A DNA stretch of 38,418 nucleotides from Spiroplasma sp. (lineage in GTDB: Bacteria; Bacillota_I; Bacilli_A; Mycoplasmatales; Mycoplasmataceae): positions 1 to 38,418 of the forward strand of contig JALAGN010000056.1 in assembly GCA_022712415.1 (NCBI GenBank). The letters run 5' to 3'. A program made the position numbers and the translations under genes. Below the pieces are notes generated by a model, which was not told where the DNA came from, searched no databases, and saw only the letters and a program-made list of their open reading frames with translations. Every line of letters begins with the position of its first letter. Positions within the stretch are counted from its first letter, which is position 1. Shown piece after piece: positions 12,683 through 25,771 of the stretch.

Positions 12683-13442
12683 TTTCTTTTAACACCTCTC
12701 TGACAAACTCATCATATTTTCTTGCTCCGTCACCTGTTGGGTCGTGCTCAAAAATTGATTTCCCTTCAATTGAAGATTCACTAATTTTAATATTACGAGG
12801 AATGACGGCTGAGTAAACTTTATTTTTAAACGTTGCCATTACTTCTGCTAAAACATCGTGCGCCAATCTTGTTCGCGAGTCGAACATTGTCACAAGCACT
12901 CCCTCGATAGTTAAATGAGGATTTAAAGTTTCTTTAACTTTTTTAATTGTTCTTAAAAGTTGTGCTACCCCATGCATCGCATAGTGTTCTGCTTGAATGG
13001 GAACTAAAACCGTGTCGGCCGCAGTCAATCCATTTCGATTAATCAAACCTAAACTTGGCGGGCAGTCGATAATAATGAAATCATAATTATCTTTTACTTT
13101 TTTTAATTCGTTTTTCAAGACGTTTTGATTTTCATTTTTTTGTTCTAATAAGATTAAGTCGGCAGCTGCGACGTCGATCGAACTTGGAGCAAGATCAACA
13201 CCGTTTCTAAGATTTTTTACGATCACACTTTCCAGTGTTGCATCTCCCACTAAAACCTCATACATACTAATTGAATTTCCATCAATCATATGACCAATTC
13301 CAGTTGTGGCATTAAATTGTGGATCAATATCCATTAATAAAACTTTGCGCCCATAGCGCGCAAGTCCGCAGGCCAGGTTAACAGAGGTTGTTGTTTTACC
13401 AACTCCTCCTTTTTGATTTGCTACCGCGATTATTTTCCCCAT
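12672..13442 (-). CDS. parA: Chromosome partitioning ATPase ParA/Soj
   Basis: Intact 256-aa ORF with the deviant Walker A NQKGGVGKTTT. It overlaps parB by 11 nt. Confidence 0.92.
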   Translation of the reverse strand: MGKIIAVANQKGGVGKTTTSVNLACGLARYGRKVLLMDIDPQFNATTGIGHMIDGNSISMYEVLVGDATLESVIVKNLRNGVDLAPSSIDVAAADLILLEQKNENQNVLKNELKKVKDNYDFIIIDCPPSLGLINRNGLTAADTVLVPIQAEHYAMHGVAQLLRTIKKVKETLNPHLTIEGVLVTMFDSRTRLAHDVLAEVMATFKNKVYSAVIPRNIKISESSIEGKSIFEHDPTGDGARKYDEFVREVLKENGY

Positions 13443-13476
13443 CTTGCTTTACCTCTTTTTTCATTTATATTATATA

Positions 13477-14184
13477 TTATTTTCCTAACGGTCGATTTTT
13501 AATTTGAGCATACATTCTTGGATATGTATTGCTGGTTGGTTTAACTTTTTGATAAATAATATTGTTTCTCACGCCAATTATTTCCTCATCAAAGTGTTGA
13601 ATTGAAACAAACTGTAGACCTAACTGTTGCTCTTGACCGTTTAAATCGGCCAGTTCCTCGTCAAGTTTCTGTGATTTTAAACAAATGAAGTGTCCATCGA
13701 CCTTTAAAGCTTGAACCGCAATTTCTAATAAAACATTTAACGCTGCGACTGCTCGCGAGATAATGATATCTTGTGTTTCTTTAAAGGTTTTAGAATACTT
13801 CTCAGCTCGTTCGGTTACAATTCAAACATTACTTAATTTTAATTCGTATACCGCTTTTTCCAGAAAAGATGTTTTCTTTGCGTTTGATTCAATTAAAGTT
13901 AGTTTGATATCCGGAAAACAAATTTTCAGAACGATGCCCGGAATTCCTGGTCCCGTTCCAACGTCGCAAATTTTCTTACCACTTAAATCCATCTCGTCAC
14001 AAATTAATAATGAATCGTAAAAATGTTTTGCTCAAACATCACGGTGTTCAACGATTCTGGTTAGATTGTGAATCTCGTTTTCCTGAATCAAAAGTTGATA
14101 GAACTGTTCGAGACTGGCAATCTTTTCATCTGTTAAATCGATATACTTTAGTTTTTTAATTTTTGCAATTATATCTTGAATCAT
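13477..14184 (-). CDS. rsmG: 16S rRNA (guanine527-N7)-methyltransferase
   Basis: This gene is missing from the track because TGA splits it. ATG 14182-14184 follows AGGTGA. My translation is MIQDIIAKIKK...DVGTGPGIPGIVLKI...IISRAVA... (SAM-binding motif). The product is 235 aa and the stop is TAA 13477-13479. Confidence 0.85.
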
Positions 14185-14204
14185 GTTGTTCACCTGTACT
14201 TTCA

Positions 14205-16085
14205 TTATTTATTTCGATTTGGATATTTTTTTCGTAAATGAATTAATAGCATCTGAATATCCGCTGGATTAACTCCCGAAATTCTCGAAGCTTGTCCAAT
14301 CGAGATCGGTCTGATTGCTGTTAATTTTTGACGCGCTTCTGTTGCGATTGAATCAACTTCACTGTAATCAATATCGTTTGGAATCATTTTGGTTTCCAGT
14401 TTCTCTAAACGTGAAACAGATTCTAATTCTTTTTTAATGTATCCTTCAAAACGAATATTGATAACTAAATTTTGTAATTGATTCTCGGTTAAGAAATTTA
14501 AAACATCAGTATGTTTTTTGATAACATTAACATCAACAGTTGGTTGTTTGATAATTTCAAATAAACTAAATCCTTGATGAATATTTGATTGGCCAAGTTG
14601 CATCAGTTCAACTGCCAAATCCATCTTTGGAGTAATGCGAATTGCTTTTAATTTTTCAATTGTACTTTCAATTCCATTTTTGAAAGCTAAGTAATCTTTT
14701 CATTCGTGTTCCGAAATCAAACCAATGTCGTGTCCGTATTTTTTCAAACGTAATTCAGCGTTATCATTTCTTAATAACAATCTGTGTTCAGCACGCGAAG
14801 TTAAAAGTCGGTATGGTTCGACAACTCCTTTGTTAATTAAGTCGTCGATCATGACGCCGATGTAAGCTTCATGTCTTCTTAAAATTAATGGTTCAAGATT
14901 ATCTAATTTTCTCACGGCATTAATTCCGGCAATCAAACCTTGACCCGCCGCTTCTTCGTAACCACTTGTTCCATTAATTTGTCCAGCACAAAATAAATTT
15001 TTAACTAGTTGTAATTCTAAGGAAAGTTTAAGTTGTGTCGGATCGATGCAATCATATTCAATTGCGTAAGCTCATTTGTCAACGACAACATTTTTAAATC
15101 CGGGCAGTGATCGTAACATTTTATCTTGAACTTCAATTGGCATTGAAGTTGAAAATCCTTGCACGTATCATGTATCCATATGAACAGATTCTGGTTCTAA
15201 AAAAATTTGGTGCTCCACTTTGGAATTGAAACGAACAATTTTGTCTTCGAAGCTCGGACAATATCTTGGTCCAACCGAATCAACTTCTCCCGAGTACATC
15301 GCTGACTTGTCTAAATTTTCTTCAATGATTTTTTTTGTTTCATCAGTTGAGTGAATTAAGTAACAAGGTTCTTGTTCATCAACCGGTGTAAAAGTTTTGG
15401 TTGAAAATGAAAATGAAATTTTTTTGTCAGTTCCAGGTTCAAGTTTAGCATCACTTAAATCAACAGAATCTTTTTTAACACGCGGTGGTGTTCCAGTTTT
15501 AAATCTTTTTGTTTTGATTCCAATTTCTTTTAAACGTTCTGATAATAATTTTTGAGTTATCTCACCATTGGGACCTTCTTCAATTCGTTCGCTTCCACGA
15601 AGAACACGACTCGATAAATATGTCCCCGTTGTTAATACAACTGCTTGGCATTTTAAGAATGAACCGTCTTGAAAAACAATTCCGTTAACTTTGTTATCAT
15701 CGTCAAGTGTAATGTCAACAACAACACCTGAGACTAGTGTTAAATTTTTTTGTTCCTCAACTTTTTGTAACATATATTTTGAATACTCAATTTTGTCAGA
15801 CTGTGCGCGGAGCGCTCACACTCCCGGACCACGTGATGAGTTTAATAACTTCATTTGTAATGATGTTGCGTCGGCCGCTTTAGCCATCTCGCCACCGAGC
15901 GCATCAATTTCACGAACAACAATTCCTTTTGCCGGTCCACCGATTGAAGGGTTACATGGCATCATGGCAATTTTATCTTTGTATAAATTTATCAACGCAG
16001 TTTTTTTACCAAGACGTGCAGCAGCTAATGCCGCTTCAACTCCGGCGTGTCCACCACCAACTACAATAATTTCGTAATCGTTCAT
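14205..16085 (-). CDS. mnmG: tRNA uridine 5-carboxymethylaminomethyl modification enzyme MnmG (GidA)
   Basis: Four track ORFs (14205..14624, 14700..14936, 15168..15773, 15816..16088) share one frame. I checked the gap 14937-15167. The sequence contains [18 protein letters not shown] (FAD motif). I prefer ATG 16083-16085 over the GTG at 16088. The product is 626 aa. Confidence 0.92.
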
Positions 16086-16110
16086 CACATGTTCACCTCT
16101 TTCAATTTAC

Positions 16111-16134
16111 AAAATAAAAAACACTTAATGTGTT

Positions 16135-16136
<2 letters not shown>
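16111..16136 (-). terminator. Rho-independent terminator after metG
   Basis: aaaacac (16118-16124) pairs with gtgtttt (16130-16136). The minus strand continues with TTTTTTATTTT. The hairpin overlaps the metG stop codon. Confidence 0.65.
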
Positions 16137-18179
<2,043 letters not shown>

Positions 18180-19469
18180 TTAAATCACCCTTTCAAAAAT
18201 TTTATTTACATTTCGTAAAAAATATTTATTATCGAACATTTTATTTAGTTGATCGACTTCAACAAATTTATTAACTCCGTTTTCAATTAGAACTTCTTTA
18301 AATTCTTTTTGATCACGCATCGCTTCCATTGTACATTTCTGAATAAAATCATAAATCTCTTCACGAGAAACTTTTGATGTCTTAATTATTTCAGTTAAAA
18401 CTCTTTGACTAAAATAAATTCCTTTTTGTTCATCAAGATGTTGTTGAATTTTATTTTCGTTAACGAAAATATTTTCAACCACTCCAGCTAATCGCTCAGA
18501 AACATAAACGATGGTACTAAAAATATCTGGCAACATAATTCGTTCGTTGGAACTATGTGAGATATCACGTTCATGTCACAGAACATTATTTTCAAATGCC
18601 ATGTTCACAAACGATTTAATAAACCGCGACAACCCAACAACGTTCTCAGAACTGATGGGATTTTTTTTGTGCGGCATTGATGACGAACCTTTTTGTCCTT
18701 CACCAAACCCTTCACTCATTTCTTGAATTTCACTTTGTTGAAATAATCGAATCTCAGTTGCGATCTTTTCAAAAGTCGAAGCAGTGTTTGCAATGACTGA
18801 AATTAAAAATGCATGTCGGTCTCTTTGTGTTACTTGTGTTGATAATGCGTCGACGCCCAAACCAAATTGTTGTGCAACATATTCTTCAACTTCAATTTCA
18901 AGATTGGCATAGTTACCCATCGATCCAGAAATTTTAGAAACCTCTGAATGTTTTCGCGCTAAAGCAAATCTTTCTAATTGTCTTTTTAATTCTTCGTATC
19001 ATAATAAAAACTTAAGTCCTAGCGATGTTGGTTCACCGTAAATTCCATGAGTCCTTCCAGTTATGATAACATCTTTATACTTAATTGCTTTTAATTTTAA
19101 AATTTCTAAAAAGTGATTCAATGATTTTTCTAAAACGTCATTTGATTGTTTAATCAAAATATTTTGGGCGGTGTCAACGATGTCAGTCGAAGTTAAACCT
19201 AAGTGGATTCATTTTTTTTCTTCACCTAAAGATTCTGAAATCATTCTTGTGAAAGCGACAACATCATGTTTCGTAACTTTCTCAATCTCTAACATTCGAG
19301 CGATGTCAACTTTTGCTTTCGCTTTTATTTTTTTAACATCATCCGTTGGGACAACATTAATTTTTGCTCAGCCTTCCACAACTTTGATTTCAACATCAAG
19401 TCACGTGTTTAATTTATTTTCTTCGCTTCAAATTTTTTCAATGTCTGAATTCTGATAACGCTTAATCAT
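18180..19469 (-). CDS. purB: Adenylosuccinate lyase
   Basis: ATG 19467-19469 follows GAGGTGA. The N-terminus MIKRYQNSDIEKIW... joins via TGA codons to track ORFs 18576..18920 and 18180..18536. The fumarate-lyase signature SSSMPHKKNP is present. The product is 429 aa. Confidence 0.9.
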
Positions 19470-19486
19470 TTTCTCACCTCATTTTT

Positions 19487-20782
19487 TTATTTATTAAATT
19501 TGTTTTCGTATAGAACAGTTTGTTTTCGATCAGGTCCAACTGAGAAACCAGCGATTGGTACTTCACAAATTTTTGAAATCATTTCTAAATAATTTTTTGC
19601 ATTTTGTGGAAGTTCGTGTAACGATTTCACTTGTGTGATATCTTCTTTTCAACCCGGCAAGTCCATGTAGACCGGAACACATTTTTCATATTCCTCATTC
19701 GTTGCCGGAACACTAGTTAATTCTTTTCCGTTTAAAGTATAGTGTGTGCAAACTTTCAAAGTATCGAAACCAGTTAACACATCAAGTAGTGTGATGAAAA
19801 TTTCATCTAAGTCAGAAATACGAATTGCATATTTCAACGCAACTAAATCTAATCAACCAATTCTTCTTGGACGTCCAGTGTTCGAACCATATTCATGTCC
19901 GACTTCACGGATTTGATCTCCGATTTCATTTTTCAATTCTGTTGGGAAAGCTCCAGTTCCAACTCTTGTGCAATAAGCTTTAACAACTCCAACAATATTT
20001 GTAATTCATCTTTGTGAAATTCCTGTTCCTAACGAAACATTGTTTGCAGAACAATTTGAACTGGTTACAAACGGATAAGTTCCGTGATCGATATCAAGCA
20101 ACGCTCCTTGCGCTCCTTCGAATAAAACATTTTTACCTTCTTTGATTGCGCTCTCTAAGAAAAGTCCACAATCAATTACTTGCGATTTAATTTTTTCATA
20201 AGCTGCCATCGTATTTTTATAAACAGTTTCAAAATCAATTGGTTCTTTATTAAACATTGCTTTTAAAAATTTATTTTGGTATGCAACGTTTGCTTTTAAT
20301 TTCTCTTTGAAGTTTGGTAATGCAACATCACCAACACGCAATCCCATACGTGAAACACGATCTTGGTATGCAGGACCAATTCCTTTTTTAGTTGTTCCAA
20401 TTTTAAATTCACCACGAGCATCTTCTTGTGCCGCATCAATTTCAGAATGGTATGGGAAAATTAAATGTGCACGATCAGAAATTAATAACTTCCCGATTTT
20501 CTCTCCCGAGTTTTTAATTGCTTCAAACTCACTGACAAGATTTTCTAAATTAACAACGCAACCGTTTCCGATGACGTTAATTGTTTTCGGATTAAAGATT
20601 CCTGAAGGAACAATTGTCACTTTATATTTTTTACCATTGAAGTTAATCACATGACCAGCATTGTCTCCACCAGCAAAGCGAGCAACAACGTCGCTTGTTT
20701 GTGCAAAAACGTCTGTCATTTTTCCTTTACCTTCGTCACCTCATTGTGCTCCAACAATAACCATTGTGTTATATTTATTCAT
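19487..20782 (-). CDS. purA: Adenylosuccinate synthetase
   Basis: ATG 20780-20782 follows GGAGGAA. The N-terminus [21 protein letters not shown] (P-loop) precedes track ORFs 20006..20719 and 19649..19837. I traced the frame to TAA 19487-19489. The product is 431 aa. Confidence 0.92.
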
Positions 20783-20795
20783 AACAATTCCTCCT

Positions 20796-21356
20796 TTAGT
20801 TATACTTGTTCATAATATTGGTAAATGCTACATCGCTAACAAAGTCCGTTACAAAATCAGACTTGTCTAGCACTTCATCTTTTATTTGTTTGATTTCGTT
20901 TTCTGTTAGTTTCATTAAAACTCAATCGATAATTTTAATACCATTGATTGGAGCACCAACTCCAATTCGAAGACGATTAAATTTTTCAGTTCCTAAGTGG
21001 GCAATGATATTTTTAATTCCATTGTGACCACCGGCCGAGCCTTCGCTCCGGAAGCGAAATCTCCCCACGTCAAGATCTTTATCATCATAAATTATGAGAA
21101 CATCTTCTTTAGCAATCTTGTAATAATTCATAACTTCAATGATAGCTTGTCCTGACAAGTTCATGAATGTTAATGGTTTTAAGAATAAAACTTTTTCGCC
21201 GCCAATTTTTGAAAAATAGACAATTGAATTATTGTCCTCATCCTTTTTAGAAAAGGGAAAGCGGTCTAGTAAAACATCAAGTGCGATAAAGCCAATGTTG
21301 TGACGTGTCTTTTCATATTGTTTTCCTGGATTACCAAGTCCGACAATTAACTTCAT
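20796..21356 (-). CDS. pth: Peptidyl-tRNA hydrolase
   Basis: Track ORF 20922..21356 (MKLIVGLGNPGKQYEKTRHNIGF) extends through TGA 20922 to TAA 20796-20798. The product is 186 aa. Confidence 0.9.
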
Positions 21357-22390
21357 TATTTTTTGTTTCTTGATTCAACGTATTTAGCAACACGTTTACT
21401 AATAAATTCGTGATAATCGTTATACACGTCAGATAATGAATGACAATCAACTGAACTTTTAATCATATTTGCTAAGAGTTCGGCGATTGAGATAATTTTT
21501 AATTTATCAAAGCGTTTCTCTTGTGGGATATCGATGGTGTTCGTAACAATTACAGATTCAACGATTCCGTTTTTAATTACTTCTTCCATACGTTCTTTTG
21601 CCGGACTATTGAATAATCCGTGACAAGCGATAATATAAACTTTTTTGGCTCCGTGTTCTTTTAATGCTTTAGCGGCATTAACAATTGTTCCTCCGGTGTC
21701 GATCATGTCATCAACAACGAAACAAGTTTTATCTTTAATGTCCCCTAAAACAAATTCCACTTCAGCTTTATTTGGTTCTGGTCTTCTTTTAGCAATAACG
21801 GCGATTCCAGAAGTGGCTGCTCCTGTAAATGACGCAACGTTATGTACCCGCGAAAGTCCTCCGTGGTCCGGTGAGACTAGGATGCAATCTTTCGGATCTA
21901 ATTTTAAGTCAATAATTGTATCAACAATTTCCGATGCAACTGATTGTGCTGTTGTAAAGTTATCAAGCGGAATATCGAAGAATCCCATTGTTTGTGTCGA
22001 GTGTAAATCAACACAAATAACTCGATTAGCTCCGGCGTTCTCAATCATATTAGCCACTAATTTAGCGGTAATTGGTTGACGTCCTTTTGCTTTTCTATCT
22101 TGTCGCGCATATCCAAAGTAAGGAATAACGACATTAATTCTTGCAGCTGACGCTCTTTTAAAAGCATCGATCGCAATTAATAATTCCATTAAATTATCAT
22201 TTACTGGTTGATTAGTTGATTGTATTATATAAATTTCTTTTCCTCGTACACTATCAAGTGATTGCACTAAGATTTCACCATCGGCAAAGTACGAAGTTTT
22301 TGTTTTTGATTGTTCAATACCTAGTAATTTACATACCTCTTCTACAAGCGGTTGGTTTGATGTTAATCCAAAAATATTTATTTCTGCCAT
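21356..22390 (-). CDS. prs: Ribose-phosphate pyrophosphokinase
   Basis: The track ORF is 21356..22492. I prefer ATG 22388-22390 (MAEINIFGLTSNQ...), which follows GGGAGATAAACAAA. The PRPP loop reads FVVDDMIDTGGT. The product is 344 aa. The stop overlaps the pth start by 1 nt. Confidence 0.9.
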   Translation of the reverse strand: MAEINIFGLTSNQPLVEEVCKLLGIEQSKTKTSYFADGEILVQSLDSVRGKEIYIIQSTNQPVNDNLMELLIAIDAFKRASAARINVVIPYFGYARQDRKAKGRQPITAKLVANMIENAGANRVICVDLHSTQTMGFFDIPLDNFTTAQSVASEIVDTIIDLKLDPKDCILVSPDHGGLSRVHNVASFTGAATSGIAVIAKRRPEPNKAEVEFVLGDIKDKTCFVVDDMIDTGGTIVNAAKALKEHGAKKVYIIACHGLFNSPAKERMEEVIKNGIVESVIVTNTIDIPQEKRFDKLKIISIAELLANMIKSSVDCHSLSDVYNDYHEFISKRVAKYVESRNKK

Positions 22391-22590
22391 TTTGTTTATC
22401 TCCCTACTAATAATACCAAATAAATAGAGCACTATTTTTTTAAAATCCAATTTCCAAAACAGTGCCGTAGTCAAAAACATTGAATTCTGCACTCATTCTT
22501 GGGTAAATATTCGCAACGCAAAAAATTCTTAGGCCTTCTAGACAACGTTAGTGAAAGTGCAACATTAAAAAACACCGAACAACCCGAAAT

Positions 22591-22618
22591 AAAATCGCGG
22601 ATATTATGCGATTTTCTT
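22591..22618. terminator. Orphan hairpin with U-runs on both strands, lying between divergent genes
   Basis: aaaatcgc (22591-22598) pairs with gcgatttt (22608-22615) around a 9-nt loop. The plus strand continues ttttctt. No CDS ends here on either strand. Confidence 0.4.
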
Positions 22619-22674
22619 CAAGAAATGCCGTTTTTTCTTTATAATTTAAGGAGTTGATTTTTTGAGGTGAAATT

Positions 22675-24207
22675 ATGAGTCTAGTATATATGCACGGTTT
22701 AACGCACGCTAATGGTGGGAAAAAACTGTATGAGAATTCGGAACTACGTTTGAATAAAGACGAACACATTGCTTTGATTGGTCCAAACGGAGCAGGAAAA
22801 ACAACATTGTTAAATATTATTGCTCAAAAAATCGTTCCAGATCACGGGGAAGTTGAAATTCACCCCAAAACTAAAATTGGATATCTTGACCAACACCAGG
22901 ATGTTAATGGTGAACAAACGGTTGAAGAATATTTAAAACTATCTTTTCAAGAGTTGTACGATCTTGAGAAAAAGATGCACGATATCTACGCCAAAATGGC
23001 CGAGGAATACGATGAAGATGAATTAGTTAAAGCGTTAAAATACCAAGACATTTTAAACGTAAATGATTTTGAAACAATCGATAAAAAAATTGGGAACTTA
23101 GTCACTGGATTAGGAATTGGAAACGATAAACTAGCGATGCCAATGGGCTCTTTATCAGGTGGACAACGCGGAAAAGTGATGTTAGCCAAGCTCTTATTAA
23201 GTGGAAATGACTTCCTCTTATTAGATGAACCAACTAACTTTTTAGATATTGAACAAGTTGAATGACTAGCGAAGTTCTTACAAAACTTCGATAAAGCTTT
23301 TTTAATGGTTTCCCATGATAATGAATTCATTAATAAGACTTGCAAAATCATTTATGCGATTGAAAATTTACATTTGACTCGCTATGTCGGAAACTATGAA
23401 AAATATTTAGAAGAATCAGCCATGTTGAAATTACAACACGAAAAAGCTGTAGCTTCACAACAGCAACAAGTAGATAAGTTGAAAACTTATATTGCTAAAA
23501 ACTCGGCTCGTGCTTCAACCGCAAAAAGTGCACAGTCACGACAAAAACAATTGGAAAAAATGGATCTATTAAAAGATTGAAATGAGGATGCCAAACCCCA
23601 CTTCAACTTTACCTATAAACGTCCTTCAACAAGTGTTGTTGTGAAAGCAAAAGATCTTGCCATCGGATACGATCACGCTTTATTGAGCGAATTAAACTTT
23701 GAAATTCGTGAAGGTGAAAAATGTATTATCTCCGGGCGAAACGGGATTGGGAAAACAACCCTTTTAAAAACAATGTGTACTGAAATCGATGCTTTTAGCG
23801 GAACAATCGAACTTGGTCATAACGTTTCGTATGCTTATTTCCATCAAATTGAGGAAATGGAGCCAATCACACCAATTCAATATCTTTTAAATCACCACGA
23901 CAAAATTACCGAGGCTGATGCTAAAGCTAAATTAGCGCAATTTGGAGTGCGAAAACAATTAATGTTTCAAGCAATGAACACCTTATCTGGTGGGGAACAA
24001 TCAAAAGTTCGTTTGTCTTCTTTATCACTAGAACCTTGTAGTTTACTTGTTCTCGATGAACCAACAAACCACATTGATGTGAAAGCAAAAGACGCTTTAC
24101 TTGAAGCAATCCAAGCGTTTAAAGGAACTGTTCTTTTAACAACGCATGATATCAACTTCTCAACAAAATGAGCTGATAAAATCATCAACTTCGATGATCT
24201 AGCCTAG
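22675..24207 (+). CDS. ABC-F family ATPase (two ABC domains, no TM domain)
   Basis: Track ORFs 22675..23265, 23305..23580 and 23641..24171 share one frame and join via TGA. There are two Walker A motifs (GPNGAGKTT, GRNGIGKTT), two LSGG signatures and a Gln/Lys-rich linker. ATG 22675 follows GAGGTGA. The stop is TAG 24205-24207. The product is 510 aa. Confidence 0.88.
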
Positions 24208-24225
24208 TCCCTCTACCAACAAAAG

Positions 24226-24253
24226 TTGCATATTTTAATTATTTAATTATAAT
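24226..24253 (+). promoter_or_regulatory. Sigma-70-type promoter for the 53-aa ORF
   Basis: TTGCAT (24226-24231), a 16-nt spacer, then TATAAT (24248-24253), about 25 nt before the ATG. Confidence 0.6.
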
Positions 24254-24277
24254 AATTGAAACAAGGAGGTATTAATT

Positions 24278-24439
24278 ATGGCAGGTAACGATTTCGATTC
24301 AAGATGCTTTAAATGTGTTGCAGAAATGCAACAAAAAGGAATGGGTGGCAAAGGTGCTAGCGTTTTAGCTGGTAGAATGCAATCCGGACTAGTTGGTCAA
24401 AACCCAGATGATATCTACGTTTGTCCAAAACATAGTTAA
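24278..24439 (+). CDS. 53-aa Cys/His micro-protein (CxxC...CxxH, zinc-ribbon-like); function unknown
   Basis: This gene is absent from the ORF track because it is under 60 aa. The strong SD AAGGAGGT lies 7 nt before ATG 24278. The translation is MAGNDFDSRCFKCVAEMQQKGMGGKGASVLAGRMQSGLVGQNPDDIYVCPKHS. The stop is TAA 24437-24439. It is bracketed by its own promoter and terminator. Confidence 0.65.
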   Translation: MAGNDFDSRCFKCVAEMQQKGMGGKGASVLAGRMQSGLVGQNPDDIYVCPKHS

Positions 24440-24446
24440 TAACACT

Positions 24447-24476
24447 AAAAAAATCGTGGTTAACACGATTTTTTCT
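24447..24476 (+). terminator. Rho-independent terminator after the 53-aa ORF
   Basis: aatcgtg (24452-24458) pairs with cacgatt (24464-24470) around a 5-nt loop, followed by tttttt. Confidence 0.75.
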
Positions 24477-24504
24477 TTACAATAATTACATATTGGAGGT
24501 TAAT

Positions 24505-24960
24505 ATGATATTTGACAAAATTAGCAACTTAAATAAGTACAAAGGAATTAACAAAAATCTCGATCAAGTAATCGATTTTATTGCAGCAAATGATTTGGCC
24601 GCTTTCCCCGATGGGGAACACAAAATCGACAACGATAATTTCTTTAAAAAAATCAATCAAGCATGTTTCAATCTTGAGGACGCACCTTACGAATTGCACA
24701 AAATATACGCCGACATTCACATCATTGTTGACAAGAAATCTGAATTCGTTGGTTTTCGCCCCAAAGACGAACTTGAACACAGCGAATTAATTAACGACGA
24801 CCCGGAACACGACGTTCGTTTTGTGAAGGATGAAATTAAAAACACCATTCATTTAGAAAATGATAAGTTCGTTCTTTTCATGCCTGGTGAAGGACATGCT
24901 CCGAAAATCAAAAATGGTTTTGAAAATGTTAACAAAATTATTTTTAAAGTTAAATGATAA
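24505..24960 (+). CDS. YhcH/YjgK/YiaL (DUF386) family protein
   Basis: ATG 24505 (MIFDKISNLNKY) follows GGAGGT and is preferred over the track start at 24493. The family-like motifs HKIYADIH and FMPGEGHAP are present. The frame reads through TGA 24955 to TAA 24958-24960. The product is 151 aa. Confidence 0.7.
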
Positions 24961-24983
24961 AAGTAGCCCATGGCTACTTTTTA
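24958..24983. terminator. Bidirectional terminator shared by the DUF386 gene (+) and rsmA (-)
   Basis: aagtagcc (24961-24968) pairs perfectly with ggctactt (24972-24979). It is flanked by an A-run and a T-run and lies between convergent genes. Confidence 0.7.
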
Positions 24984-25771
24984 ATTACACAATTATATAA
25001 ATTAATATATTCTTCTAACGAGATGTTTTCTGGACGAAGAGTTGAAACAATTCCGACCTCATTCAATAATTGAGCGGCGTCGTGGTCGGGTAAAGTCGAT
25101 TTAACGTTGTTTAAAATTGTCTTTCTTCTGTTGTTGAACAACTTTCTCACTAAGGCAATAAATGCCTCAGTATCATCAATTTCACTCTTATGGTTGTTGG
25201 TAAAATCTAAGCTAATAATTGCTGAATCAACGGCCGGAACCGGATTAAACATATTTTTCTTAACTGTGAACTCGTACTTTGGTTTTGCGTAGAAATTCGA
25301 CACGATTGATAAGTTATTGTATTTTGAATTACCCAGCTCTGCGCAAACTCTTTCAGCAACTTCCTTTTGAAACATTAAAATCGCTTGTTGTAAATATTCA
25401 CTGTTGCGAAAAGCCTTAAATAGAATTTCACTTGTGATGTAATACGGTGTGTTTGAAATTAAGACAATATTTTTAAATTGACCGTGATATTTTTGCAACA
25501 ATTCACTTCAATCAATCTCCAGCACATCCGCGATGATTAATTCAAAATTATCGGCTGTGATTTTAGCTTTAAGGATTTCCTCAAGGTCTTTATCAATTTC
25601 GATGGCGACAACTTTTTTGAATTGTTTTACTAATTCACCGGTCAAAGCGCCGCGGCCCGGGCCGATTTCAATTACCAGCGTTTCACCATCATTTTGCAAA
25701 AGCGAAATGATTTTCAAAATGAGGTTTTTATCGGTAATGAAATTTTGTCCATAGAATTTTTTAGCTTGCAT
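24974..25771 (-). CDS. rsmA: 16S rRNA (adenine1518/1519-N6)-dimethyltransferase
   Basis: Track ORFs 24974..25501 and 25508..25771 share one frame and join via TGA 25508. The sequence contains MQAKKFYGQNFI and the SAM motif EIGPGRGALT. The product is 265 aa. Confidence 0.9.

Noticed and set aside
15691-16077. Plus-strand 128-aa ORF inside mnmG. Similar antisense ORFs occur at 4568..4930, 21645..22079, 20307..20654, 34648..35082 and 35203..35586.
   Set aside because: All lie antisense within well-supported conserved genes, lack ribosome-binding sites, and have no recognisable protein features.
22391-22492. The 34-codon upstream extension of prs in the track (MQNSMFLTTALFWKLDF...).
   Set aside because: The internal ATG 22388-22390 is preceded by GGGAGA and gives the usual Prs N-terminus. 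The extension is hydrophobic junk with no SD.
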